A stretch of 64,000 nt of DNA from an uncultured Nitrososphaerota archaeon (lineage in GTDB: Archaea; Thermoproteota; Nitrososphaeria; Conexivisphaerales; DTJL01), in the NCBI GenBank assembly GCA_963842885.1, contig CAWJIE010000005.1:448001-512000 (forward strand), written 5' to 3'. The position numbers and the translations under genes were made by a program. Under the pieces are notes generated by a model. The model was not told where the DNA came from, made no database searches, and saw only the letters and a list, made by a program, of their open reading frames with translations. Positions 37,238 to 47,729 of the stretch are shown one piece after another; the stretch's first letter is position 1, and each line of letters starts with the position of its first letter.

Positions 37238-38937
37238 AGCGATGAAAGGGACAGAACGTTCCGGGCGTAGGAGGAAGGCCGACGGGCGCCACCTCATCGG
37301 TTTGGCCAAGTGGGAGTCGGAGGTCCTGTCGCCCTACCTGGCAGCCTCTCCGGAAAGGGCGACCCAGTTCCTTTCGGAGGACGGCGTCCCCGTACAGCGG
37401 CTGGGCACCCCCTCTCAACTGGAGGAGGAGGGGTGGAGCTACGAGTCCTCGTTGGGATTCCCTGGCAGCTACCCGTTCACTCGGGGAGTGTACCCTACAA
37501 TGTATAGGGGCCGCCAGTGGACGATAAGGCAGTACGCTGGCTTCGGGTCGGCCGAGGACACCAACAGACGGTACAGATACCTCCTGAAGACCGGCCAGAC
37601 GGGGCTCAGCGTGGCCTTCGACCTCCCCACGCAGCTGGGACTGGACCCAGACCACGAACTCGCCTTCTATGAAGTCGGCAAGGTGGGGGTCTCCCTCTCC
37701 AACCTCCGCGAAATGGAGATGGTCTTCCAACTCAATCCCCCTGAGCAAGGTGTCGACTTCGATGACCATCAACGCCACCGCCATGGAGCTTCTGGCGCTC
37801 TACGCCGCTGCCGCCGAAGCCCAGTCCGTGGACCCCTCTACCCTTCGCGGCACCGTGCAGAACGATATCCTGAAGGAGTACGTAGCCAGGAACAACTTCA
37901 TCTATCCGCCCGGCCCTTCGATGCGCTACTCCACCGACATCATAATGCACTGCACGAAGGCCATGCCACAGTGGAACTCGATAAGCATTAGCGGATATCA
38001 CTTCGAGGAGGCCGGCGCCACACCGTCCCAGGAGGTGGGATTCACGTTGGCCGACGGCATCGAATACACGCGAGCCGTCGTGGAGAGGGGGATACGCATC
38101 GACGAGTTCGCGCCACGCCTCTCCTTCTTCTTCGCCTCTAGGACGAACCTCCTGGAGCAGGTGGCCAAGTTCAGAGCTGCCAGGAGGATGTGGGCGAAGA
38201 TCATGAAGGAGAGGTTCGGGGCCAAGGACCAGAAGTCGCAGATGCTGAGGTTCCATGCCCAGACGGCAGGAGTCACGATGACGGCCCAGCAGCCGGAGGT
38301 GAACATAATACGGACGACGCTTCAGGCCCTGGCTGCTACGCTCGGCGGGGCTCAGTCGCTTCACGTCAACTCGTACGACGAGGCCATCTCCCTGCCCACC
38401 GAATCGGCCGTGAAACTTTCGGTTAGGGTGCAGCAGGCCCTGATGCTGGAATCCGGTATCTCGGACTCGGTAGACCCGCTCGGCGGCTCCTACCTTCTAG
38501 AGGAGTTGACCGACTCCATCGAAGAAAGGGCTTGGAAGATAGTCGACGACGTAGAGAAGATGGGAGGGATGGTCAAGGCTATCGAAAGGGCCTACCCCCA
38601 GCGCGAAATCGCAAGCAGCGCGTACGAATACCAGCTGGGTGTAGAGAAGGGTCGGATCCCCATCATCGGGGTCAACACCATCAAGGAGGATAGCGACGCC
38701 AAGCTCGAACCGCTAAGGGTGGACCCGACCTCGCGAAACAGGGTGATAGAGAGGGTCAAGGAGTACAGGGAGACGAGAGACCGGCCATCCTCTAAGGCCT
38801 CCCTCGGAAAGCTGGAGAGGGCGGCGTCATCTGACGCTAACCTCTTCCCCTACGTGCAGGACTGCATAAAGTCCAGATGCACGGTGGGCGAGATCAGCGG
38901 TACCCTCAGGGAAGTCTGGGGGGAGTGGACCCAGTAG
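37227..38937 (+). CDS. Methylmalonyl-CoA mutase large subunit, frameshift near 37730
   Basis: PG-x-[15 protein letters not shown] (Tyr), QNDILKEY-x2-R (Arg), [15 protein letters not shown]. Confidence 0.92.
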
Positions 38938-38940
38938 GGC

Positions 38941-39843
38941 TCAGAACCCCATCGACTTGGACATCTTTGCGGCGAGGGAACCATGGTCTATCAGGTCCAA
39001 GATGGTGGAGGACGCCAAGACCATGCCCACCGACATGTCCAAGCCGGAGGAGTGGCCTCTGGCGACGACGTCCTGTAGGGAAAGTATGTAGGCATCGCCT
39101 TCACCCCTCAGGAACGAAGAGACCACCGACTCGACGTCTTCGTCCATTAGCCCATGCTGCATGTAGTCAAGGAGCTTGGCGCTGGCCCAGCTGGTCCTCT
39201 TCTGAGCCTCTGCGGCGTCTACTAGGAGCTGGCTCCGCCCCAGGAGCCTGTTCCCCGCGTTGTACATGCAGAGGAAGCCGGCCACGAAGTCGTCGAACGA
39301 GGGCGTGAAGCCCGAACCGAGACCCAAGAGACCATAGGCTCTTCCCAGGAAGGAGGCTTCGTCGAATGGTGAAGAGGGGAGGAAAACGGTGTTGATGAAC
39401 GACCGATAGGTCTCGAACGCCCTGCCGTTAGCATCCAGGATGCTCTCCGGGAGGTTGAAGACCCTGAGAAGTGCGGCCGCGGCCGGCAGCTTCTCCCTCA
39501 GACTCGCTATGGAATCCTTGCTACTCCTCTCCGGCCTCACAGAATTGGCAAAGATCCGGTCCGAAAGGAGGAGCTCCACCTGGCCCAGGGAGAGCATGCC
39601 GGAATCGAAGGTCGCAGGCTCCCCCAGCCTGAATGTCTTCTGGAAGTCTGGTCCCCCAGGTTCCACGTTGATGTTAACTGGGCTCCTCACCTCCTTGCGC
39701 GTGACGTTGATCAGGTCTGAGGATGACGTTTTCAAGTAGACGGAGTTGGGGAAGACGTTGGCCACGACCGGAGAGGCAGCGTCCGCTCTGATCCATTCGA
39801 ATGCCTTCTCACCTGTGCTCCAGCCGGTAAGAGTAACGGACAA
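38941..39843 (-). CDS. DUF2877/YlbF (AllH-like) protein
   Basis: GLG-x-G-x-TPS-x-DDF and GHSSG-x-D motifs; follows the DUF1116 gene. Confidence 0.82.
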   Translation of the reverse strand: MSVTLTGWSTGEKAFEWIRADAASPVVANVFPNSVYLKTSSSDLINVTRKEVRSPVNINVEPGGPDFQKTFRLGEPATFDSGMLSLGQVELLLSDRIFANSVRPERSSKDSIASLREKLPAAAALLRVFNLPESILDANGRAFETYRSFINTVFLPSSPFDEASFLGRAYGLLGLGSGFTPSFDDFVAGFLCMYNAGNRLLGRSQLLVDAAEAQKRTSWASAKLLDYMQHGLMDEDVESVVSSFLRGEGDAYILSLQDVVARGHSSGLDMSVGMVLASSTILDLIDHGSLAAKMSKSMGF

Positions 39844-39851
39844 CCTTGCCC

Positions 39852-41111
39852 TTAGAGGGCGTACTTCTCTGCGTATCCTTTAAGGGCTTTCTTGAACATC
39901 TCCATAGGGAAGACCACGAGCCCAGCTCCCACCTGACCCACGCCCGCCTCCCTGCTGGCGACGCCGGTGTTGATGTTGGGGGTGATTCCGGTCTTAACGA
40001 CCTTCCTGATGTCGACGCCTGTAGGCGTCCCCGCGAAGTCGAGGTTGGGGATCAGGAAGTACTTGTGTCGGGCGTAGGTTATCTCGTACATCTTTCTGGT
40101 GATCTCGAATGCTGCTGCGACGCTGCCGCCAACCCATGAGACGATGGCGGGCGCTGTGGCCATGGCAAAGCCTCCGAACCCCGCCGTCTCGGTGATCGAG
40201 CTGTCTCCCAAGTCAGGGTTGGAGTCCTTCGCCGTGAAGCCGGGGAACCAGAGGCCGTTGACCATTGAGGCCGGTGCAGTGAACCAATCTCCGCCGAGGC
40301 CGCTCACCCTAATGCCGATGTCGGTCCCGTTGCGTGCCATGGTGGTTACGATAGTGCTATACTTGACGCCGTGGGCGGCCATCGTCATGGCCTTGGCAGC
40401 AGCCATGCCCAGGTTGAGCACCGTGAAGTTGTTGGCGTTCATGAAGGAGAACGCCTCCTTCAGCTCCCTTCTCTCCCTCCCCGAAGCGACTAGGAAGGGC
40501 GAAAGCTCCTTGACGAAGAGACTTGTGGTGGCGACATACCTGTTGTGGCAGTCGTCTCCCATCGTGAGCCCTTGGGTGATTAGTGGCTTGAAGGCAAATC
40601 CGGGCTTCTCCTTCTTCAGCTCCTTCAGCCCGTCGAGGAGGGTCGGAGCGAAGCTGGTCTCGATGTACGAGAGCCTCTTCATGACCTCTTCGTTGTAAGC
40701 GCCGTAGCGAAGGACCTTCCCGATCCCTTCGTTGAAGTTGCTGTAGGACTTCAGGCCGAACTTCCTGTCAGTCACTTCGAAGACCGGCATCCTGGGCGAA
40801 ATTATCCCCGCCATGGGGCCGACGGCATCGTGGTGGTGGCAGGGCTCGAACTGGACACCCCCGCCCTTGACGAGCCTTTCGGCTTCAGCCGCATCCTTCG
40901 CCCAACCCTCGTAGATGCAGGCCCCCAGGACCGCCCCCTTGACGGGTCCCGACATCCTCTCCCAGGAGATTGGCGGCCCCGCGTGCAGGAGGAGATGGTC
41001 CTTCATCCCGGGGATAACCTTGAGGGCCGGGGCGACGTCGGTCCAGTAGGGCTCGGACTCCATCATCCGATCCACCGCGGTCTGATTCGCCTTCTCGACC
41101 TCGTCTTTCAT
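39852..41111 (-). CDS. DUF1116/YlbE (AllG-like) protein
   Basis: LHAGPP, PCHHH-x-AVGPMAG, MGDDCHNR, RNG, DLGDSSITE, INTG. Confidence 0.9.
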   Translation of the reverse strand: MKDEVEKANQTAVDRMMESEPYWTDVAPALKVIPGMKDHLLLHAGPPISWERMSGPVKGAVLGACIYEGWAKDAAEAERLVKGGGVQFEPCHHHDAVGPMAGIISPRMPVFEVTDRKFGLKSYSNFNEGIGKVLRYGAYNEEVMKRLSYIETSFAPTLLDGLKELKKEKPGFAFKPLITQGLTMGDDCHNRYVATTSLFVKELSPFLVASGRERRELKEAFSFMNANNFTVLNLGMAAAKAMTMAAHGVKYSTIVTTMARNGTDIGIRVSGLGGDWFTAPASMVNGLWFPGFTAKDSNPDLGDSSITETAGFGGFAMATAPAIVSWVGGSVAAAFEITRKMYEITYARHKYFLIPNLDFAGTPTGVDIRKVVKTGITPNINTGVASREAGVGQVGAGLVVFPMEMFKKALKGYAEKYAL

Positions 41112-41227
41112 GTTGATAGAAGAGCTCAAACGGCGCACCGAAAATGGCTTTTCGCCCTCTCGATATAAAAGCGTTGCTCAGTCGTGGGCATTGTCGGACC
41201 AAATGACCGATTGCATATATAGCGTGC

Positions 41228-41249
41228 TGCATTAGTTGCACAGAATGCG
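41228..41249. promoter_or_regulatory. Overlapping TGCA-N5-TGCA boxes in the divergent promoter
   Basis: TGCATTAGTTGCA (41228-41240) and TGCACAGAATGCG (41237-41249). Confidence 0.5.
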
Positions 41250-41337
41250 AAAGGCGCAAAGCAATGAAACACAGGCAAACCGTACGCAAACAGTTTAAAT
41301 GGAACCATCAGACTTAGAGATTCTGCAGGTTCGTAGA

Positions 41338-42954
41338 ATGACTTCTGTCAAGAACGTGGTAAGGGCCAACTTCTACAAGGATTCTCTTCAGCTCATGCAG
41401 CTTTCAGAGGACGCGAAGAAGCTCCCGGGGGTGAAGGACGCCGCCGTCGTCATGGGGACCACCACCAACAAGGAGCTCCTGGAGCGCCTTGGCCTCCTAG
41501 CGAAGGAGGGAAGAGAGGCCTCCGAAAGCGATATGCTCATCGCGGTCCTGACCGAGGACGCAGCTCGACTCGACGGGGCCATCAAGGAAGTGGAAGAACT
41601 CCTCACCAGGCCAGCTGCAGTGAAGACCGAGGCCTTCAGCAGCGTCGAGGACGCCATGAAGGCGATGCCCGACGCCAACTTCGCTGTCGTCTCAGTACCT
41701 GGCGAATATGCCCGGGAAGTGGTCAAGAAGCTCCTTGACAGGGGAATCCATGTCCACCTCTTCAGTGACCATGTTCCGCATGAGGACGAGACCTACCTGA
41801 AGGAGTACGCGAGTGAAAGGGGCCTCTTCGTCCTCGGCCCGGGCGCGGGCACCTCCATCATCGGTGGGAAGGCCATCGCCTTCGCCAACGTCGTGAACAG
41901 GGGGGCCGTCGGAATCGCCGCAGCGGCCGGCACCGGGTTGCAGGAGGTCAGCGTGCTGGTCAGCAGGGCTGGAAGCGGCATCTCTGAGGGCCTGGGTATC
42001 GGAGGAGGAGACGTCAAGGCTTACGTCGGAGGCATCATGGCCATGGATGCCATCAAGGCCCTTGAGGCCGACCCGGACACCAGGGTCATATGCCTGGTGA
42101 GCAAGCCGCCCAGCCCGGAGACCCTGGACAAGATAATGGCCTTCATAGAAACCCAGACCAAGAAGAAGTACGTCATCTGCTTCCTGGGGAAGAAGAAGTA
42201 CGAGGTCAAGGACTCCCTTAAAGGGAGGATCTTCTCGACGAAGTCCCTACACGTCGCCTCCGCACAGGCCATCAGATTCGCCGAAGGAGGCAGGGCCGAG
42301 GAGATGATATCGAAGATCTCCATGTCCCCCGCCGAGGTCGAGAAGCTGGCGAAGGACATGTCAGCTCCTCTCAAGGTCGATCAGAGATTCGTCCGCGGCC
42401 TCTACACCGGAGGGACCCTTACCTTCGAAACGATGCTCCTTCTCACTGAGCTCTTCGGCGGCGTCCATTCGAACGCTCCTCTAGACGACAAGTTCAAGCT
42501 TCAGGACAGCTACAAGAGCGAAGGCCACACTCTGGTCGACCTGGGCGAAGAGGAGTTCACCGCTGGCAGGGCGCACCCCATGATCGACCCGACCGTTAGG
42601 AAGCTGCGGCTCGTCGACGAGGCGAAGGACAGGTCCGTGGCGGTCATTATCATGGACGTCGTGCTGGGATACGGATCCAACCGGGACCCGGCCGGGGCCA
42701 TGATACCTTCGATAAGGGAGGCGAAGGCTATCGCCAAGGCTGACGGGAGGGAGCTTCCCATTCTGGCGCACGTGTGCGGAACCGACCAAGACCCGCAGCC
42801 GTTGAAAGAGCAGGAGGGGAAGCTGAAGAAGGAAGGGGTGATCGTGCTACCCACGAACGCCCTTATGGCCGTCGTCGCAGCGTTGGTGGCGACCAGGGGC
42901 CAGGTGAGGGAGGACCTGAAGGTGCAGATGATGAGGGAGTACTTGGGAGAATAG
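41338..42954 (+). CDS. fdrA: FdrA (AllF-like) acyl-CoA synthetase-fold protein
   Basis: Y-x-DS-x2-LM, MGT-x2-NK, SVPGEYA, GTGLQE, SKPP, GLYTGGTL, GRAHPMIDP, GTDQDPQ. Confidence 0.9.
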   Translation: MTSVKNVVRANFYKDSLQLMQLSEDAKKLPGVKDAAVVMGTTTNKELLERLGLLAKEGREASESDMLIAVLTEDAARLDGAIKEVEELLTRPAAVKTEAFSSVEDAMKAMPDANFAVVSVPGEYAREVVKKLLDRGIHVHLFSDHVPHEDETYLKEYASERGLFVLGPGAGTSIIGGKAIAFANVVNRGAVGIAAAAGTGLQEVSVLVSRAGSGISEGLGIGGGDVKAYVGGIMAMDAIKALEADPDTRVICLVSKPPSPETLDKIMAFIETQTKKKYVICFLGKKKYEVKDSLKGRIFSTKSLHVASAQAIRFAEGGRAEEMISKISMSPAEVEKLAKDMSAPLKVDQRFVRGLYTGGTLTFETMLLLTELFGGVHSNAPLDDKFKLQDSYKSEGHTLVDLGEEEFTAGRAHPMIDPTVRKLRLVDEAKDRSVAVIIMDVVLGYGSNRDPAGAMIPSIREAKAIAKADGRELPILAHVCGTDQDPQPLKEQEGKLKKEGVIVLPTNALMAVVAALVATRGQVREDLKVQMMREYLGE

Positions 42955-43137
42955 GTGACAGAGATGTCTCAGAGCGCAAAGAAGCTGTTCGAGTCGGAGC
43001 TCAAGGTGATCAACGTCGGCCTGGAGATCTTCCACGATGACCTCGCCGCACAGTCGGTCAAGGTGGTGCAGGTGAACTTCACGCCCCCTGCTAAGATCGA
43101 GAAGGAATACGAGGACATCCTTTCCAAGCTGATGTAG
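42955..43137 (+). CDS. Small FdrA-associated protein
   Basis: LKVINVGL-x2-F-x2-DL-x2-Q-x-V-x-VVQV-x2-PPA, the segment fused or adjacent in fdrA/ylbE clusters. Confidence 0.82.
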   Translation: MTEMSQSAKKLFESELKVINVGLEIFHDDLAAQSVKVVQVNFTPPAKIEKEYEDILSKLM

Positions 43138-43220
43138 GCCTGCCTCGGACGATTCTATCTGCCGACATGGGGCGTCCAGACTCGGCCCTGAAGCCTCAAG
43201 AATGCGAAAAAACTTCGGGA

Positions 43221-43242
43221 CGCGCGAGATCGCTCTCGCGCG
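43221..43242 (-). terminator. GC hairpin with downstream T-run, likely terminator of the XDH operon
   Basis: CGCGCGAGA-tcgc-TCTCGCGCG; A6 on the + strand at 43207-43212. Confidence 0.5.
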
Positions 43243-43254
43243 CCTTGGTGGGAC

Positions 43255-43734
43255 CTACTTCTTGTAGTACTTCCGCGCGTCCTTCACGGCCTCGACGATC
43301 TGGTAGTACGTCCCGCAGCGGCAGATGCATCCGCTCAGGTACTCTTTGATCTCTTCTTCGGTGGCATCGGGGTTCGTCTCCAGGAGGTGGTGGGCTGTCA
43401 GGACAAAGGCGGGTGTGCAGAAGCCGCACTGCAGGGCACCATGGTCGACGAATGACTTCTGCAGGGGCGACAGCAGCTCCTCACCCGCGAGGCCCTCGGC
43501 CGTCACTATGTCGCTGCCGTCAGCGTCCACTCCCAACACCAGGCACGTCTTGACAGGCTTGTTGTTGACGAGGGCGGTGCACAGGCCGCATTCCCCCCTC
43601 CAGCAGGCCGCCTTGACGCTCTTGACTCCCATCCTGTCTCGTAGGACGTCCAGGAGGAGCTCATTGTCCTCGATGGTCGCCCTCCTCTTCGTGCCGTTGA
43701 CCGTGTACGAAATCTTGTGTGTCAAGGCTATCAC
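43255..43734 (-). CDS. Xanthine dehydrogenase family 2Fe-2S subunit
   Basis: CWRGECGLC, QCGFC, CRC. Confidence 0.92.
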   Translation of the reverse strand: MIALTHKISYTVNGTKRRATIEDNELLLDVLRDRMGVKSVKAACWRGECGLCTALVNNKPVKTCLVLGVDADGSDIVTAEGLAGEELLSPLQKSFVDHGALQCGFCTPAFVLTAHHLLETNPDATEEEIKEYLSGCICRCGTYYQIVEAVKDARKYYKK

Positions 43735-44612
43735 GCCTCCAGTATCTCCTTCAGGACTGCCGCCGTCTGCACTTTCACAAGGTGCTTCCGGTACTCCGCG
43801 GTCCCAAGCACGTCGGTGACGGTCTCAACGGTCGCGTCAACGACCTTCAACGCCTCGCTGATGAGCTCTCCCACAGGCCTGTCCTGCTTGAAGACCTTCT
43901 CAGCTTCGAAGGCCTCAATGGGCATCAGATTGATGGCCCCATAGGCCAGCTTGACCATCCTCCTGGCTGGGTCGTTCCTGTTGACGACGAGGGCGCCAAC
44001 GCTAGCGATGCTGAACTCCGTCCCCTTTGAGAACTTCAGGTAGCGGCTCACCGTGCCAGGCGCGGGCTCCGGGACGTGAACTGACCGGGCCAGCTCGTTA
44101 GGCTGCAGCGCGGTCTCCGCCGTGCCGATGATGAAGTCCTTGACCTTCACCCTCCTTTCGCCCTTCAGGGAGGAGATCACGACCTCCGCGTCGAAGAGGA
44201 TCAGAGGAGGAGGGCTGTCAATCCATGGAATCGCTTCGCAGAGGTCACCCAATAGCGTGGAGCGGTTCCTGAGGTTGGGGTCGCTGAGGTTCTTCACTGC
44301 GTCGTGGAGCGCAGTATACTTCTCCTTCAGGACCGGAAGATCGAGGAGCTCGGAGAGGGTCACAGCCGCACCTATGCTCAGGCCCTTCCCCCTTTCGGCC
44401 GACAACTCGCGAAGCTCGGGTATCCCCTTTATGTCGAGGACGTATTTGCAGTCGATAAGGCGCTCCTTCATGAATGCCAGGAGGCCCACGCCTCCCGCCA
44501 TGACCTTGGTGTCCTCTCCCTTTTCGTCGAGAAACTCCAGGGCCTCCGTGAGCGTCTTAGGCTTCACATACTCGAACTCCGGAATGGTAAAGTAGGGAGA
44601 CCCGAAGCTCAA
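43731..44612 (-). CDS. Xanthine dehydrogenase family FAD-binding subunit
   Basis: FEYVKP-x-TL-x-EAL, MAGG, IGAAVT, LRNRSTL-x-G, AEYRKHL. Confidence 0.92.
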   Translation of the reverse strand: MSFGSPYFTIPEFEYVKPKTLTEALEFLDEKGEDTKVMAGGVGLLAFMKERLIDCKYVLDIKGIPELRELSAERGKGLSIGAAVTLSELLDLPVLKEKYTALHDAVKNLSDPNLRNRSTLLGDLCEAIPWIDSPPPLILFDAEVVISSLKGERRVKVKDFIIGTAETALQPNELARSVHVPEPAPGTVSRYLKFSKGTEFSIASVGALVVNRNDPARRMVKLAYGAINLMPIEAFEAEKVFKQDRPVGELISEALKVVDATVETVTDVLGTAEYRKHLVKVQTAAVLKEILEA

Positions 44613-47002
44613 GAAGACACCCCCTTGGCCTTGTACGAAAGGAACTTCTCCGTGGCTTCCTCGATGAGTTCAGGCCTCTGAGCCTTTATCGCCTGCCAGA
44701 CGTTCTCTGAATTCATCGGAAGGGTCTCCATCCTGACGCCTATCGAATCGAAGATGGCGTTGGCGATGGCCGGCGCGGTGGCGATCATCACCATCTCACC
44801 TATCCCGCGGGCTCCCAGAGGTCCGTCGGACTGCGGCGTCTCTACGCAGTACTTGTCGATAGCGTCGGGGATATCCTTGCATCGTGGGACGTAATAGTTC
44901 GTGAAGTTGGGATTCATCACCCATCCCTGCTCGTCGAACTTCAGGCCTTCATAGAGGGCCACTCCCTGCCCCATTATGAAGCCCCCGTCCATCTGCCCGT
45001 CCAACATGAGCTTGTTGATGATCTTTCCCACGTCGTAGACCTGCACACCCTTCAGGATGCGGATTTCACCCGTCAGCAGGTCCAGCTCGATCTCCACCCC
45101 TGTTCCTCCGAACGTGTGGAAGATCGTGGGGACGCCTTGCCCCGTGTCGGGGTCAAGGTAGGAATTCAGGATTGACATGAAGGTGCCCTTCCCGACGATG
45201 GGCCCTCCGATGGCGTTGCCGTTGGGGTAGGTGTAGCCCAGCACGAAGTCACTAAGAGGAGCGCTGATCCATGGCCTGGCGCGGACGAACACCTTGCCGT
45301 CTCCGAACATGACGTCATCGGCGGGGACCCGGAACACCTGGAGAGCGACGTCGGTGATCTGCCTCTTGGCGTCCTTTATCGCGTTCAGAAGGGAGTTGGC
45401 GTCAGTGAAAAGCCCCCTGCTCCCCACCGTCTGCCAAGTATACGGCACGCTGTCCGTGCTGCGCAGGTTGGAGACCCTCACCTTCTCCAACGGGAGGCCG
45501 AACTCCTCGGCCGCTATCATGCACAGAGAGGTGGTGGTTCCCTGCCCGAAGCTGCCCGTCCCTATCATTATGTCGATGCTCGTGTCCTCGTTGAACTTGA
45601 GTAGGGCCGAAGCGGCCGCGTTGGGAGGCTGCGAAGGCCCCTTCAGGCTCAATGCGAAGCCCTTTGCCCTGACCTTCCAGGGCTCCTTGGGCTGCTCCTC
45701 CTTGTCGAAGTACTTTAGGCCGTCCACCACGGTCCTCAGAACCTTCTCGGGGTCGCCCGCGTCCAGCCTGATCTTCTCGCCGGTGGCAGTCGTCGACTCT
45801 CCTGGCTTCGCGATGTTGAGAAGTCTCATCTTGAACGGGTCGAGGCCCAGTTTCTTGGCGGCGTGGTCGATTATCTGCTCCAGCGCCCAGTGGCTCTCGG
45901 GATAGCCGAAGCCCCTCATCGCCGTGGTGCAGACCTTGTTCGTGTACACTGCCAGCGAGAGGATGTGGACGTTGTGGATCTCGTAAGACCCCTCGCCAGA
46001 GTACCCGGCCGTCCTCGAAACGTTCACCGTGTAGTCCGCGTAACCACCGGCGTCCATGACGAACTTGGCGTCGTAAGCCGTGATGGTGCCGTCCTTCTTG
46101 AAACCCGCCTTCACATGAGCATAGAAGGCCTCCCTGACAGCCGCGGAGGCGAACTGATCGCGCCTCGAGAGGATGAGCTTGACTGGCCTGTTCCCCGCTT
46201 TCTTCGACAACATGGCGACAAGAGCCTCCCAACCCAGGCCCGCCTTCCCACCGAAACCGCCGCCAACGAACGGCACGCGGATTATGATGTTGTTGACGGG
46301 GATGCCGAGAGAGAGGGCCATGAGGTACCTGGTGGCGAAGGCCGACTGGGCGCTCGTCCAGACCTCTATGGTGCCGTCCTTGTGGTAGTCAGCGATGACC
46401 ACCTGGGTCTCCATGAATCCATGGCTGACGTAGGGCATCTTGAAGTCCTCCTCAAGGACGAGGTCGGCCTCCTTGAAGCCCACGCCGACGTCCCCGTGCT
46501 TCAGTTCGAAGCTATTGGCGATGTTCGTCCCGGGGAGAGGCTTGAAGGCGGGCATGATCCGGTATTCGCCCAGCTTCTCATGGAGCAGGGTTGCGTTGGG
46601 CTTCATGGCTTCCTCCACCGTGAAGACGGTGGGGAGGAGTTCGTATTCCACGTCGACCTTCTCCGCCGCCTCCTCGGCCGACCGCATGGATTCGGCTATC
46701 ACGGCGGCCACCGGATGCCCGACCCACCTGACCTTGTCGATGGCAAGGATGTCCCTGTCCCCTACGTAGATGCCAAGCCTGAAGGGGAAGTCCTGGCCGG
46801 TGGCTATGGCCACCACCCCAGGCACCTTCGACGCTTCTGAGGTGTCTATCTTCACGATCTTGGCATGCGCGACATTGCTAACGACGAGTTTCGCGTAAAG
46901 CATCCCCGGCAGCTCCATGTCGAAGGTGTAGACGGCCGTGCCGGTCACCTTCAGATGGGAGTCAAGCTGGGGAATGGATTTACCTATGTATCTTGCTGTC
47001 AA
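44609..47002 (-). CDS. Xanthine dehydrogenase family molybdopterin-binding subunit
   Basis: VGGGFGGK, AMRGFG, GQG, TVGSR, GARGIGE. Confidence 0.93.
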   Translation of the reverse strand: MTARYIGKSIPQLDSHLKVTGTAVYTFDMELPGMLYAKLVVSNVAHAKIVKIDTSEASKVPGVVAIATGQDFPFRLGIYVGDRDILAIDKVRWVGHPVAAVIAESMRSAEEAAEKVDVEYELLPTVFTVEEAMKPNATLLHEKLGEYRIMPAFKPLPGTNIANSFELKHGDVGVGFKEADLVLEEDFKMPYVSHGFMETQVVIADYHKDGTIEVWTSAQSAFATRYLMALSLGIPVNNIIIRVPFVGGGFGGKAGLGWEALVAMLSKKAGNRPVKLILSRRDQFASAAVREAFYAHVKAGFKKDGTITAYDAKFVMDAGGYADYTVNVSRTAGYSGEGSYEIHNVHILSLAVYTNKVCTTAMRGFGYPESHWALEQIIDHAAKKLGLDPFKMRLLNIAKPGESTTATGEKIRLDAGDPEKVLRTVVDGLKYFDKEEQPKEPWKVRAKGFALSLKGPSQPPNAAASALLKFNEDTSIDIMIGTGSFGQGTTTSLCMIAAEEFGLPLEKVRVSNLRSTDSVPYTWQTVGSRGLFTDANSLLNAIKDAKRQITDVALQVFRVPADDVMFGDGKVFVRARPWISAPLSDFVLGYTYPNGNAIGGPIVGKGTFMSILNSYLDPDTGQGVPTIFHTFGGTGVEIELDLLTGEIRILKGVQVYDVGKIINKLMLDGQMDGGFIMGQGVALYEGLKFDEQGWVMNPNFTNYYVPRCKDIPDAIDKYCVETPQSDGPLGARGIGEMVMIATAPAIANAIFDSIGVRMETLPMNSENVWQAIKAQRPELIEEATEKFLSYKAKGVSS

Positions 47003-47149
47003 AAACTTCGCCTAGACGAAGGGTAGGACAATATTAAACAGAATAAAAACGTATCGTCTCGTCGTGGGCTGCCGGGTAGGCCGATGCCAAGACGAGACAG
47101 AGTTGTGCACCGACGCGAGGGCTCATGATGACAGATGCGGAGGAGTTGC

Positions 47150-47587
47150 CTATGAGAGCTTGGTCTGGACGCAGGAGAAGATCTGGTCCACCATCTTCTT
47201 AGCGGCACCCTCCACCATCGGAGCAGCGAGGCTTCCCAGAGGGCCGCTGACCTTGGCCTCGGAAGTGTACTCGATTTGAGACCCGCCGGCAGCGGCGTCC
47301 TTGAGGTCGATCAGGACATCCGCGTTGAAGGAGCTGGCGGCCCCCGAGCCCGATATCAAGAGCTTCGCGTGGTAGTTGACCTTATCGTTCTCAGCAATCA
47401 CGCAAGTCACGGCGAACGTGCCTCTGATGAAGCCGACGCCGGCCTTAATCCGAGCCTTTATGGTGTTGCCATCGATGCGGCTCTCCTGCAGGCCAGGGAG
47501 GCACGTCACGATCTTCTCAGGGGTGGAGACGAAGTCCCACGTCTTGATCTTGTCCGACGGCACGATGAAACTGCCCTTGATAAGCAT
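47150..47587 (-). CDS. CoxG/SRPBCC-family protein
   Basis: W-x5-PE-x3-CLPG and G-x-L-x-SL pattern; upstream of the molybdoenzyme genes. Confidence 0.85.
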   Translation of the reverse strand: MLIKGSFIVPSDKIKTWDFVSTPEKIVTCLPGLQESRIDGNTIKARIKAGVGFIRGTFAVTCVIAENDKVNYHAKLLISGSGAASSFNADVLIDLKDAAAGGSQIEYTSEAKVSGPLGSLAAPMVEGAAKKMVDQIFSCVQTKLS

Positions 47588-47729
47588 GAGATATCGGCTT
47601 CTCGAAAGAAGTATTTCCGTATTTAAGCCTTCCCGCTACCTTAAGGTGGGAGAGCGCCTCACATCGACGAAGGCGGCCGGGAAGACGCTCTAGCCAACAA
47701 ATGAAAAAACCAGAAAAAACTGATGCGAT

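Noticed and set aside
28784-46840. Long antisense ORFs (for example 28784..29743, 32721..33440, 35511..36293, 45863..46840)
   Set aside because: Shadow frames opposite well-supported genes, expected with high GC3; no recognisable domains.
43255-47587. CoxG plus L/M/S subunits as aerobic CO dehydrogenase
   Set aside because: The active-site loop reads AMRGFG (and AFRGFG in the 8-10 kb enzyme), not AYxCSFR or AYRGAGR.
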